Of a DNA stretch of 20,000 nucleotides, positions 1-8,667 are shown in pieces. Location: NCBI GenBank assembly GCA_965372715.1, contig CBDVDH010000008.1, forward strand, positions 60,394-80,393. Direction: 5' to 3'. The notes below the pieces were generated by a model, which saw only the letters and a program-made list of their open reading frames with translations, was not told where the DNA came from and ran no database searches. This DNA comes from an uncultured bacterium. GTDB taxonomy: Bacteria; B130-G9. The position numbers and the translations under genes are program-made. Numbering within the stretch: the first letter of the stretch is position 1; every line of letters begins with the position of its first letter.

Positions 1-3000
1 TCCGCGTTGCCCGCCCTGTCTCGCGCGCTCGTGCAGAAGCCGTAGGTTCCCTCGCCGTCGCTTGGCGTGAAGTCAAACTGGCCGGTTGAGGTCGTCGCCT
101 CAAGTGATGCCTTGAGCCAATCGTCGCCGTTGAAGGCGTAGAAGAGGCCAACGGTGGCCAAACTGCTCCCTTTTACACCGTCGTCAGACGTAAAGGCCAA
201 CGGGATAGGAGCCGTATTCGTTACTGGCGGCGAGCTGCACGACGATGACGGTGCGGAGACGTCATAGACGAACGTGCAGTCCGATTCGGTCGGGGCAGAC
301 TCGACGTTACCCGCACCGTCGCTGGCGACGGTATAAAACGCATAGATCACATCCTGGCCAACGGCGCCTGTGAAGTTGAAGGCCCCACTTTGGCCCTGGT
401 CGTAGAGGCCCGTCGAGGCAAAATCCGACCCGTCCTGGCTAAAGTAGAGCTCAGTCCTCAAAAGGCTGCTGCCACCCGTGTCGCTGGCCGTGAATTCAAC
501 GACGGCCGGGAAGCCGTTGCCCCAGGGTGCGCACGAACAGCAGGAGACCGGACCGGTTAGGTCGATGACAGTGGTGCAATCGCGCTGACTCGGCGCCTCC
601 TCAGAGTTGCCAGCCTTGTCGAGGCATATCGTGTAGAAGTCGTATCTACCCTCGCCCGTCTGGGCCGCGAAACTGAATACCCCGCTCTCACCAGACTGAG
701 AAAGCCCAGTGTATTCCCAGGAGTCGCCATTAAACGAGACCCAAAGCCTTGTTTCAAGAACGCCGCTGGGCCCGTCGTCGCCGGCCTCGAAGGCAATCTC
801 AAACGCAGTCGTTTTGGAGAACTCCGGTGAAGTGCACGATGACCAGGCTGCGATTGGGTCGTAGATGACACTTGCGTCGTAGCCCTCGGGTGGGGACTCG
901 ACGTTGCCGGCGTTGTCGGTAGCCACAGTGTATATATCGTAGATACCGGGGCCCTCTTGGGGCGTGAAATCGAATTGGCCGGCCTCACCTTCCTCTCGCG
1001 AAGCGGCACTGATGAATTCGCCGCCATTCAAGCTATACCACAGCTCAGTCTCCAGAAGCCCCGCGTCACCCTCATCACTGGACGCGAAATCGACCACGAT
1101 GGGAAGCGAATTGGCGTATTGCGAAGCCCAGCAAGTGGACCTAGGCAAGGACACGTCGAAGACCGTCGTGCTATCCGGCGATTCCGGCGCCGACTCCACG
1201 TTGTCGACGCCATCGGAGGCGATTGTGTAGAAATCATAAATGCCTTCTAAGTCTGGGCCAAACTCGATCGAGCCCGACGTTCCCTCCTCACTGAGCCCAG
1301 AGTCGGTCCAGTCACCCTCGTCCAAGCGATACCACAGCCTGACAGTTAGCTGGCCCACGCCCGCCTCATCATCAGCAATGAAGCCCACGCCAAACGGGGA
1401 GGCGTTGGCGACGGTTGGGGAAGTAGCGACCGAGCTCGGCGAGCATGTGTCGAACCACGTTGTGCAGGTTGCTTGTGTCGGCGGCGACTCGAGGTTCCCA
1501 GCGGTATCCTTTGCCAGGGTATAAAACTCAAACAGGCCGTCGGCCTCGGGGCCAAACGTGAATGTCCCGGAGCCCATGTTCTGCCTGCTGTCGTAAAGCT
1601 CCCAGTCGCCATTGACCCGATACCACAGCTGCACATCCGTGATGTCGGTAAGGCTATCCTGCGCCTCGAACGAGACATCGATCGGGGACGAGGCCGTCTG
1701 CTCTGGCGCCTCACACGACGAGACAGGCGACGTCCTATCGACGACGGTCTCAGCGTCTGGCTGTGTCGGCGGCTCTTCCGTGTTGTCCAAAATGTCGCGA
1801 CATACTGTGCAGAATTGAGCGGTCCCTTCTGTCGCTATCTCGACCGCGATGGTGCCGATTGTGCCCTCTTCCCAGATACCCGACTCGACCCATTGGCCGC
1901 CCTGCATCCTAAACCACACCGTCGTGAGAGCAACACCCGAACCGGAATCGGCAGCTGTGAAGTTCACGGCAACGGTTGCGCCGCTGGCATAGTCCGGCGA
2001 GGCGCAATCCGAGGCAGGCGCGGTTGTATCTACAAGAATCGAGCAGTCCACATCTTCAGGCAGCTCTTCCGTATTCCCAGCTATATCCTGCGAGACTGTG
2101 CAGAACGAGTAGCTGCCGTCCTCCGCCGCCTCAAACGAGTAGCTGCCCGACGCACCATCCAGCCAATCGCCTGTCGCCTCCCAGTCGGAGCCGCCGAAGC
2201 TGTAATATAACCAGGCGCCGTGCAGGCCGCTGCCGGCCCCGTCCGAAGCGGCAAAACCAACCTCGATTGTCGTCTGGCTGGCGTACTCATCGCAACTCGC
2301 GACCGATTGGGGCGCGGCAGTGTCCAGGAAGATGCTCGCGTCGGCGGTCGATGGCGCATCCTCTAGATTGCCGCTTCTATCCTCCGCAATTGTGTAGAAG
2401 CTGTAAGGCCCGTCGCCGTCCTCAAAGACAAACGTTATGTTGCCGGAGTTCTCCGTCCCGTGCTCTTCATACAGCACGTAGCCCCCGCCATTGTAACTGT
2501 GATAGAGATAGACGAAGGCGACACCAGAAAGGTCGTCCGAGGCCGAGTAACTGACTACGGTCGAGGTCGTGGTGCTGTATTCGTCGGTCTCGCAATCCGA
2601 CGCGGGTGACACTCTATCATAGACGGTCGAGTCATCTGCCGTCTCCGGTGCTGACTCTTCGTTGCCTGCATCGTCCTTCGCTATCGTGTAGAACTCATAC
2701 GTCCCCTGACCATCTGTCGGGGTGAAGTCGAAACTGCCCGAGGTCCCACTCTCAGAAAGTCCACTGTCTGTCCAGCCTTCGCCGTCATGGCTATACCAAA
2801 GGGCAACATCGTCAATACCTGAGACGTCATCATTCGCCGTGAACGTCACAACGATAGGCGACGAGTTGGCGTAAGGTGGACTCTCGCAGCTTGACGAAGG
2901 CGCGGTCGCATCATAAATGGTCGAATCGTCGCCGCTACCTGACGGCCCTGACTCCTTGTTACCCGCGTTGTCCTCCGCTATTGTCTGGAAGTGGTACGTT

Positions 3001-4115
3001 CCCTCGCCGTGCGACGCCGTGAAACTGAACGTTCCCGATGCCCCGGTCTTGCTGTCTCCGCTGTCCGTCCAACTGCCTGAAGCAAACTTGTAGTAGAGTC
3101 GCGTCTCACCAAGACCACTGCCACCGGTATCGGAAGCATTGAAATCTATGTTGATTACCGAGCTGTTGCTGTACGAAGGACTCTCGCAGCTTGAGGAAGG
3201 TGCCGTGGCATCATAAATGGTCGAATCGTCGCCGTCTCCAGAGGCGTCCGCCTCTTCGTTGCCAGCGTTGTCATTGGACTTCGTTTGGAAGTAGTAGGTG
3301 CCTTGTCCCTCGGAGGCGTTGAAACTGAACGATCCGCTCGCGCCCGTTTTCTCTTCGTAGAAGGTCCATGACCCACCTGAGCCAAACTTGTAGTAAAGTC
3401 TTGTCCATTTGAGCCCACTGCCACCGCTGTCAGACGCGGAGAAGGAAACGCTTATCCCAGAGCTTTTGGAGTAGGTTGGGCTGTTACAGCTTGAAGAAGG
3501 CTTTGTGGCATCATAGATCGTCGAATCATCCCCATTAGCTGAGGGTCCGGACTCTGTATTCCCGGCGTTGTCCTCGGCTATCGTCTGGAAGTAATAAGTG
3601 CCTTCTCCCGAAGGAGGCACAAAACCGAACGTTCCTGCCGAGCTGGTCTTTGAGTCGTAGTATGTCCAGGAACCACCCGAACCGTGTTTGTAGTAGAGTT
3701 TTGTCTTTTTCAGTCCGCTACCACCACTGTCGGACGATGAGTAGCTCACCCCGATATTGGGGTGAGAACTGTATTGGGGGCTAGTGCAATATGAAGAAGG
3801 TGCGGTTGAATCGTAGATGGTGTAGCAATCACCACTGTCTGAAGGCCCTGACTCCTTGTTGCCTGCATTGTCCTCCGCTATCGTCTGGAAGTAGTAGGTT
3901 CCTTCGCCGTCTGCCATCGTGAAGTCAAACGAGCCGGTTTCCCCGGTTTTCTTCTGCCCCGTGTCGGTCCACGTCCCGGACGCCCCGTACTTGTAGTGCA
4001 GGACAGTTTCCTTCAGACCACTGCCCCCACTGTCGCCAGCCTCAAACGTCATATCCACGCTTGCCTCATTAGAGTAAGGTGGGGATGTGCAAGATGACCA
4101 AGGCGGGGTATTATC
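1..4115 (-). repeat. Tandem array of at least 14 Ig/FN3-like ~98-aa repeats in gene B (13 complete, 1 cut by the window edge)
   Basis: Recurring consensus DxTxPxSxCxSPxY...V/IxFxAxD..GSGL....L[YW]Y....W.......G.SG.FxF....G.G.YxFxTxAxDxAGNxE. Unit starts are near 4115, 3812, 3512, 3212, 2912, 2618, 2324, 2030, 1739, 1451, 1157, 860, 563 and 263. The fold assignment is inferred from the beta-strand pattern and the DxAGN motif. Confidence 0.9.
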
Positions 4116-7100
4116 GCTGCAGTCCTCTATTGAGAAACAGCAGTCGCTCAGATCAGTGTCATCGCCGCAGGTGTGGTGCCCGACCGCCCTTATCTGGCAT
4201 TCATCGCACTCATCGACATCCGGAACCGTCCACGGATGCGAGCCGTCATCCGCTGTCCCAGTGGTTATCTCTTCCCAACTGCTTTCGCTGTCGGTCCGAT
4301 AATACAGATCGACGCTGTCAAATGAACCACCGGATGAAGACCACTGAACATCGTAGGTCTCGTCTATACAAAGCGAATCGGCATCCCCCGGCCAGTCCAC
4401 CGTAATGTTAGGCTTCTGTTCTATCGAGAAGCAGCAGACGCCCAGGTCCGTGTCATCACCGCATGAGTGGTGTCCAATAGCCTTGATCTGGCATTCATCT
4501 GACGGATCATTCGGCACCGTCCACGGATGCGAGCCGTCATCCGGCGTCCCGGTCGTTATCTCGTCCCAACTGCTTCCTGCATCGGTTGAATAATAGAGGT
4601 CGATGCTATCAAGGGTACCGTTTTCGTTTCGCCACTTGATGTCATAGCTATCACCAACGCAAAGCGTCTCTGTCTCGTCTGGGTCCGTCAGGATGACATA
4701 CGGGCCGCCTACTCTGGGACCCTGGTGCTGGTCATCTTCCGACTCGGGATCTCTCGCGAATCCGCCCTGAGCGTCCTTGAAGTAGAAATAGAACTTGTGC
4801 CTGCCATTGCCAAGGGGAAGCTCGCGCATGTAAACGCCGTCGTGTTCCTCGCCGCTTTCGAGGTCCATGTCGTGGCCTTCATCATCATCGATATAGACCT
4901 TCTTCTCCTGAGGCGCCTTGCCGTCCTCATGATAGTAAGTAACGCGGAACTCAAATGTCTCTTCGCAGTTGTCGGTCTCAGGCGACACCTCGCCGCCTGT
5001 CAGCGTCGGGCAGTTCCCCGATACAATCTTGCGCACATAGTCGTTGTCCGCATATACCAACGTCTTGTCCGGACCGATAGCGAGCGCAGTCCGACTATCC
5101 GCGGGCTGCTCCAATGTCCAATAAAGCTCACCGTGATGACCCCTGTCTCGTATACACCACGCGTAATCGTCAAGCTCGAAGTATATTCTCCCTAGCCCAT
5201 CGATGGATGGAGAGGAAACCTCAAAGTTCGTATAGAAGCTCCACTTAGGCTGCCCGTCAGAGGCAACTGCCCACAAGTAATCCTCCCCCACTACGTAGAG
5301 GGTCCTAGCGTTTCCGATGGCAGGAGAGCTTTCGCCTTTATAATTCGTTCCACCCTCCCCCGTGTCAAAACTCCAGTTGAGACCCAGGCTCGAGTTCAGG
5401 GAATACAAAACTCCAGTGCTATTCATGATAAGCACATTTCCCTGCTCGTCCACGGACGGGGCTAGGTATTCGAAGTCGCCTGAGGCGTCGTATGTCCATT
5501 TCCATTTGCCATCATCAGTATTGTCAAGCCCACAGACCGTCCCGTCGTCTGTGCCCACATACACCCGTTCAGCATCAGCGCTTAGCGCAGGTGAACTTGT
5601 TACCCAGTCGTCAACCTCTATTGACCATTGCAGAGAACCCGAGAAATCCAACTTATTAACGGAACCGTCCCAGTATTCTCCTTCATGTGATTCATAATCG
5701 TCCGCGGTCCCAAAATAGATGTATACATCGTCCATCACAGGGGACCCATACATCTGAGCCGTTGTATGGTAGGACCAACCGAAAGACCCAGAGGGAGTTA
5801 CGGCAAGCACGTCGCTTGCATGACCAGAATCGAGACAGACAACAATATGGCCATCAGGAAGAACAAGTGGTGCGCCGTGAATTGATGCGTAGTACCCGTC
5901 AGCATCCCTGCACGCATATGACCATTGGAATAGCCCATCTGAGTTGAGTTTGTAGAGATACGTATTGACACCAAGATAGACATTGCCATTCTCGTCCGTT
6001 ACGACATCGGAATTGGCTGGACCCATTTCCGAAGGTAGTTCATAGGACCATTCAATGCGGGGATAGCTTGGCCCATGATAGGGTGTTTGACGAGTGTTCG
6101 ATGCGTCATACCCAAACATCGGCCAGTTCCCAGTGCAATCACCGACCCGGGGACCTTCTCGCTCGCCCTCTTCTGGATATCTGACTGAATAGGTCTCGTA
6201 ATCCTCCCACTCGCCCTCCTCGAAATAGAAGTGAAATTCGTGAACGCCGTCTCCCAAATCGGCGCCACTGATAGCAAACACATATTCTCCGTCGTAATCG
6301 TGCTGACTGTCTGAAGCTGGCTCCATGTCGTGAGAACTTCCGTCGATCAATACCTGATAAACGGATGGCGATTTCTTATCCGGATCTCTATAATGCACCC
6401 TAAACTCGAAATCTGTATCATAATAGCCGCAGGTCGGCGACACTCGCCCCCGGGTCAGGGTTGGCGGAAGATTCGGGACCGCTTGAGACTCCTCCATCCA
6501 CGCCACACCTACCAATTCGGTATTATTGAAGCTGCCAATGTTCGGAGCAAATACCGCAATCACTCCCCAGGCCGTTGTCTGCGGCGTATAGACAATGACT
6601 TCCGCGCTGTTGTCGTATAGGTTGCTCTTCGCGAGAACTTCATCGCCACCCTGATTCATTAGCCTAAGATCAAAGTCGTTTGTGATTTCATGGTCCCCGG
6701 GACTGTCATCCTTATCTGCTGGATGTGCGTTCCAGCACATCGCGATCCGTATTTTCTTGCCCTCTGTCAACGGGATATACACATCAGCAGACTCAAACGT
6801 CACGAAGTAGTAATCCCCCGTAAATTCACCGCGGTCCAGGACCAGCTTCGCATATTGGCCATGCTCCATTATCTCAACGCCACCGATCACGCTAATGGCT
6901 CCGGCCCCGTCCTTATCAGTTCCTCGCCATTTGCCATATCGCCTGCCATCGTCCGTGGAATCGATGTCAAGCCCGTCGACGTTGTTCGCCGCGGATGCCA
7001 TGACTACTGCCTTCGCTGACATGGGGTAAACTGTACATAACTCCTCATCCATGGCTTGGAGTATCGCAACCATCCCCGCTACGTGAGGAGCCGCCATACT

Positions 7101-8462
7101 AGTCCCTGAACCTTCCTGGTCGTCATAGGTGTCGCCAATGCCAGCCATGGTGATGTCCGTCCCGGGGGCGGCAACATCTGGCTTTTCTATATCGCCGTGG
7201 TCAGACTCGGGGTCCTTATAGGAAGAGTGAGTCGACATCCTATCATCAACCCATCCTTCGGACTTGTACTCGTCCTGATTGCCAACTGTTATCACATTGA
7301 ATGCCTTGCCCGGCGACGACACCCAATATGAGTACTTGCTTTCGTCACCTACGTGGTTCCAAAGCACATTTCCCGCAGACATCACAACGCTCAGTCCCCA
7401 CGTGTCGATATAGTAGTCCATATAAACATCAACGGCCATGAAGTCGTCTGCCTCATCTCTATATTCGCCACTTCCAGCGTGTCCTCCCCAGCTACAGTTG
7501 AATATTCGCACATCAAGCTCCCTTGCCCATGCCATGCATTCATCCAATTGCGCTAAAGCGCCGCTCCAGGAGTTCGTTGATAAGTTGCCACTGTAGATCT
7601 CCGGAATCCCATGGGAAGTACCTGCGAAAGTCCCATTCTGAGATGCTACTATGGAAGCAACGCCAGTCGCGTGCGGTCCCTCGTCGCTGAAGGCGTCGTT
7701 GAAATAATGGGGAGGGTATGAGTCAAGCCACGTGTGGTCATAATAGATCGCTGAGCGACGGTAATTTCTGTCGGGCACCTCGCAAATGCAGACTCTCACT
7801 TGGCGTTCGTCGTAGTAGCCATTGTATCCTTCCTTCCACGCCAAGTCTGCACGGACAGTCTTATTCGACAAATCCAAATGAGCGTAGGACGGAGTTTGCA
7901 GGTATGCACTGAGAACAGAGGGCAGATACGACATGTTGGTGGTCTGCTCAGGCGTCAAATCCGCGGCAACAAATGGCACCATCTTGCATCCATAGGCCTC
8001 TATTCCGTGCTCCACCCACAAGAACTCGAGGACCTCGGCTTCTGCCATTGAATGAAGCTGATAGAGCCATTGGTCCACTGCGGCGCGTTCGACTTGGCCA
8101 TGAAGTTCAGCTTGTCTCGCCTTGATGATTACCTCGCTGACGACATCCGAATCGTCGAGACCCTGAACGGGGCAGAGCGAGGCGCATTGCTCGACTGTGG
8201 GCATCTTGCACCATATGACAACAGGGAACGTGTCCCAGGGTTTGGCCTTCTCGAGAGCATCGATCAGAGCGCCCGACAACTTGTCGATGTTGAAGCTGGC
8301 GTCGAGCGGCGACCGCTGAACGGCCCCTTCCGAATCTGCATCCGCCGGCTTCGCCTCATTCGACTCACCAGTCAGCCCGAAAGCAGCAGCGATGCCAACA
8401 ACGAGCAACACGGCCATCAAAGCAACAAATGCTTTGGAATGTTTGGAAATGATCCTCTTCAC
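1..8462 (-). CDS. Gene B: giant secreted multidomain S8 (subtilisin-like) peptidase with beta-propeller and tandem Ig-like repeats; 3'-partial, at least 2820 aa
   Basis: Hand translation from GTG at 8462-8460, with SD GGAGG at 8476-8472, gives MKRIISKHSKAFVALMAVLLVVGIAAAFG (signal peptide-like). It continues through the S8 motifs HATGVASIV, MSAGN, KPDVAAPG and GSGTSMAAPHVAG. The frame stays open to base 3 (...ARDRAGNA). No ORF in the supplied track closes in this frame, consistent with no internal stop. Confidence 0.95.
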   Translation of the reverse strand, partial: MKRIISKHSKAFVALMAVLLVVGIAAAFGLTGESNEAKPADADSEGAVQRSPLDASFNIDKLSGALIDALEKAKPWDTFPVVIWCKMPTVEQCASLCPVQGLDDSDVVSEVIIKARQAELHGQVERAAVDQWLYQLHSMAEAEVLEFLWVEHGIEAYGCKMVPFVAADLTPEQTTNMSYLPSVLSAYLQTPSYAHLDLSNKTVRADLAWKEGYNGYYDERQVRVCICEVPDRNYRRSAIYYDHTWLDSYPPHYFNDAFSDEGPHATGVASIVASQNGTFAGTSHGIPEIYSGNLSTNSWSGALAQLDECMAWARELDVRIFNCSWGGHAGSGEYRDEADDFMAVDVYMDYYIDTWGLSVVMSAGNVLWNHVGDESKYSYWVSSPGKAFNVITVGNQDEYKSEGWVDDRMSTHSSYKDPESDHGDIEKPDVAAPGTDITMAGIGDTYDDQEGSGTSMAAPHVAGMVAILQAMDEELCTVYPMSAKAVVMASAANNVDGLDIDSTDDGRRYGKWRGTDKDGAGAISVIGGVEIMEHGQYAKLVLDRGEFTGDYYFVTFESADVYIPLTEGKKIRIAMCWNAHPADKDDSPGDHEITNDFDLRLMNQGGDEVLAKSNLYDNSAEVIVYTPQTTAWGVIAVFAPNIGSFNNTELVGVAWMEESQAVPNLPPTLTRGRVSPTCGYYDTDFEFRVHYRDPDKKSPSVYQVLIDGSSHDMEPASDSQHDYDGEYVFAISGADLGDGVHEFHFYFEEGEWEDYETYSVRYPEEGEREGPRVGDCTGNWPMFGYDASNTRQTPYHGPSYPRIEWSYELPSEMGPANSDVVTDENGNVYLGVNTYLYKLNSDGLFQWSYACRDADGYYASIHGAPLVLPDGHIVVCLDSGHASDVLAVTPSGSFGWSYHTTAQMYGSPVMDDVYIYFGTADDYESHEGEYWDGSVNKLDFSGSLQWSIEVDDWVTSSPALSADAERVYVGTDDGTVCGLDNTDDGKWKWTYDASGDFEYLAPSVDEQGNVLIMNSTGVLYSLNSSLGLNWSFDTGEGGTNYKGESSPAIGNARTLYVVGEDYLWAVASDGQPKWSFYTNFEVSSPSIDGLGRIYFELDDYAWCIRDRGHHGELYWTLEQPADSRTALAIGPDKTLVYADNDYVRKIVSGNCPTLTGGEVSPETDNCEETFEFRVTYYHEDGKAPQEKKVYIDDDEGHDMDLESGEEHDGVYMRELPLGNGRHKFYFYFKDAQGGFARDPESEDDQHQGPRVGGPYVILTDPDETETLCVGDSYDIKWRNENGTLDSIDLYYSTDAGSSWDEITTGTPDDGSHPWTVPNDPSDECQIKAIGHHSCGDDTDLGVCCFSIEQKPNITVDWPGDADSLCIDETYDVQWSSSGGSFDSVDLYYRTDSESSWEEITTGTADDGSHPWTVPDVDECDECQIRAVGHHTCGDDTDLSDCCFSIEDCSDNTPPWSSCTSPPYSNEASVDMTFEAGDSGGSGLKETVLHYKYGASGTWTDTGQKKTGETGSFDFTMADGEGTYYFQTIAEDNAGNKESGPSDSGDCYTIYDSTAPSSYCTSPQYSSHPNIGVSYSSSDSGGSGLKKTKLYYKHGSGGSWTYYDSKTSSAGTFGFVPPSGEGTYYFQTIAEDNAGNTESGPSANGDDSTIYDATKPSSSCNSPTYSKSSGISVSFSASDSGGSGLKWTRLYYKFGSGGSWTFYEEKTGASGSFSFNASEGQGTYYFQTKSNDNAGNEEADASGDGDDSTIYDATAPSSSCESPSYSNSSVINIDFNASDTGGSGLGETRLYYKFASGSWTDSGDSKTGASGTFSFTASHGEGTYHFQTIAEDNAGNKESGPSGSGDDSTIYDATAPSSSCESPPYANSSPIVVTFTANDDVSGIDDVALWYSHDGEGWTDSGLSESGTSGSFDFTPTDGQGTYEFYTIAKDDAGNEESAPETADDSTVYDRVSPASDCETDEYSTTTSTVVSYSASDDLSGVAFVYLYHSYNGGGYVLYEEHGTENSGNITFVFEDGDGPYSFYTIAEDRSGNLEDAPSTADASIFLDTAAPQSVASCDEYASQTTIEVGFAASDGAGSGLHGAWLYYSFGGSDWEATGDWLDGASGSYSFEAAEDGSYSFCTVSQDIAGNTEELPEDVDCSILVDTTAPASDCASPDYASGATVAVNFTAADSGSGVALTTVWFRMQGGQWVESGIWEEGTIGTIAVEIATEGTAQFCTVCRDILDNTEEPPTQPDAETVVDRTSPVSSCEAPEQTASSPIDVSFEAQDSLTDITDVQLWYRVNGDWELYDSRQNMGSGTFTFGPEADGLFEFYTLAKDTAGNLESPPTQATCTTWFDTCSPSSVATSPTVANASPFGVGFIADDEAGVGQLTVRLWYRLDEGDWTDSGLSEEGTSGSIEFGPDLEGIYDFYTIASDGVDNVESAPESPDSTTVFDVSLPRSTCWASQYANSLPIVVDFASSDEGDAGLLETELWYSLNGGEFISAASREEGEAGQFDFTPQEGPGIYDIYTVATDNAGNVESPPEGYDASVIYDPIAAWSSCTSPEFSKTTAFEIAFEAGDDGPSGVLETRLWVSFNGDSWEYTGLSQSGESGVFSFAAQTGEGRYDFYTICLDKAGNSEEAPSQRDCTTVIDLTGPVSCCSCAPWGNGFPAVVEFTASDTGGSSLLRTELYFSQDGSDFASTGLYDQGQSGAFNFTGAVGQDVIYAFYTVASDGAGNVESAPTESDCTFVYDVSAPSSSCSSPPVTNTAPIPLAFTSDDGVKGSSLATVGLFYAFNGDDWLKASLEATTSTGQFDFTPSDGEGTYGFCTSARDRAGNA
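4125..4706 (-). repeat. Two tandem Cys/His-rich ~97-aa beta-sandwich-like domains in gene B
   Basis: Both units read LC.....Y.[IV].W....G..DS.DLYY.TD..SSW.EITTGT.DDGSHPWTVP....ECQI.A.GHH.CGDDTDL..CCFSIE. An identical 28-mer lies at 4225-4252 and 4516-4543 (offset 291 nt). Confidence 0.9.
4710..6473 (-). other. Gene B Ig-like / 8-bladed PQQ-like beta-propeller / Ig-like block
   Basis: Ig-like module NLPPTLTRGRVSPTCG...GPRV (about 6473-6145). Propeller starts NWPMFGYD (about 6129) with eight W[ST][YFIL] blade motifs to about 5025. Second Ig-like module NCPTLTGGEVSPETD...GPRV (about 5015-4710). These are the same module types as in gene A. Confidence 0.85.
6880..7850 (-). other. Gene B S8 catalytic domain (Glu/His/Ser candidates plus oxyanion Asn)
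   Basis: VRVCICEVPD (Glu codon 7779-7781), GPHATGVAS (His 7671-7673), FNCSWG, SAGN (Asn 7368-7370), SSPGKAFNVITVG, GTSMAAPHVAG (Ser 7098-7100), AKAVVMASA and GAGAI occur in normal subtilase order. Confidence 0.88.
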
Positions 8463-8471
8463 CTCGTCAAT

Positions 8472-8476
8472 CCTCC
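8472..8476 (-). promoter_or_regulatory. Shine-Dalgarno site of gene B
   Basis: GGAGG lies 9 nt upstream of GTG 8462, which is followed by a K-R N-region and a hydrophobic stretch. Confidence 0.85.
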
Positions 8477-8537
8477 AGTAAGAAGGTCACCGTTTTCGCT
8501 AGAGGCTCATTCGGGAAAGGCAGAACTGGCTGGCAAG

Positions 8538-8572
8538 TATATCGGAGTCGCAGCCAAATCGACTTCGGTATA
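8538..8572. other. Intergenic 13-bp imperfect inverted repeat
   Basis: tatatcggagtcg (8538-8550), 9-nt loop, cgacttcggtata (8560-8572). It has 11 Watson-Crick pairs plus two positions that are G-T wobbles on the + strand. There is no T-tract on either side. Confidence 0.55.
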
Positions 8573-8622
8573 GGAACCGCTTGTGTCAGCCGTCCCCAGA
8601 GTCTCGCATCTTACACGCATTA

Positions 8623-8667
8623 GTTATACTATTGAACCTACCCTACTCAAGGAGAGAAGATTGTCAA
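8623..8667 (-). promoter_or_regulatory. Candidate sigma70-type promoter for gene B, overlapping the last codons of gene A
   Basis: Perfect TTGACA at 8667-8662, 16 nt, then TAGGGT at 8645-8640. An alternative pair is TTGAGT (8650-8645), 16 nt, TATAAC (8628-8623). The segment is locally AT-rich. Motif match only. Confidence 0.5.

Noticed and set aside
2881-4570. CRISPR array or DGR template/variable repeat pair
   Set aside because: The repeats are in-frame coding units of about 300 nt, the differences are not adenine-specific, and no cas or reverse transcriptase gene is in the window.
557-8573. Numerous short ORFs on both strands over gene B (e.g. 1473-2210 +, 4725-5195 +, 8052-8573 +)
   Set aside because: They are antisense or out-of-frame shadows of the continuous gene B frame, with no recognisable motifs.
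8530-8630. Integron attC site or rho-independent terminator after gene A
   Set aside because: There is no matching RYYYAAC/GTTRRRY pair around the hairpin and no U-tract on either strand.
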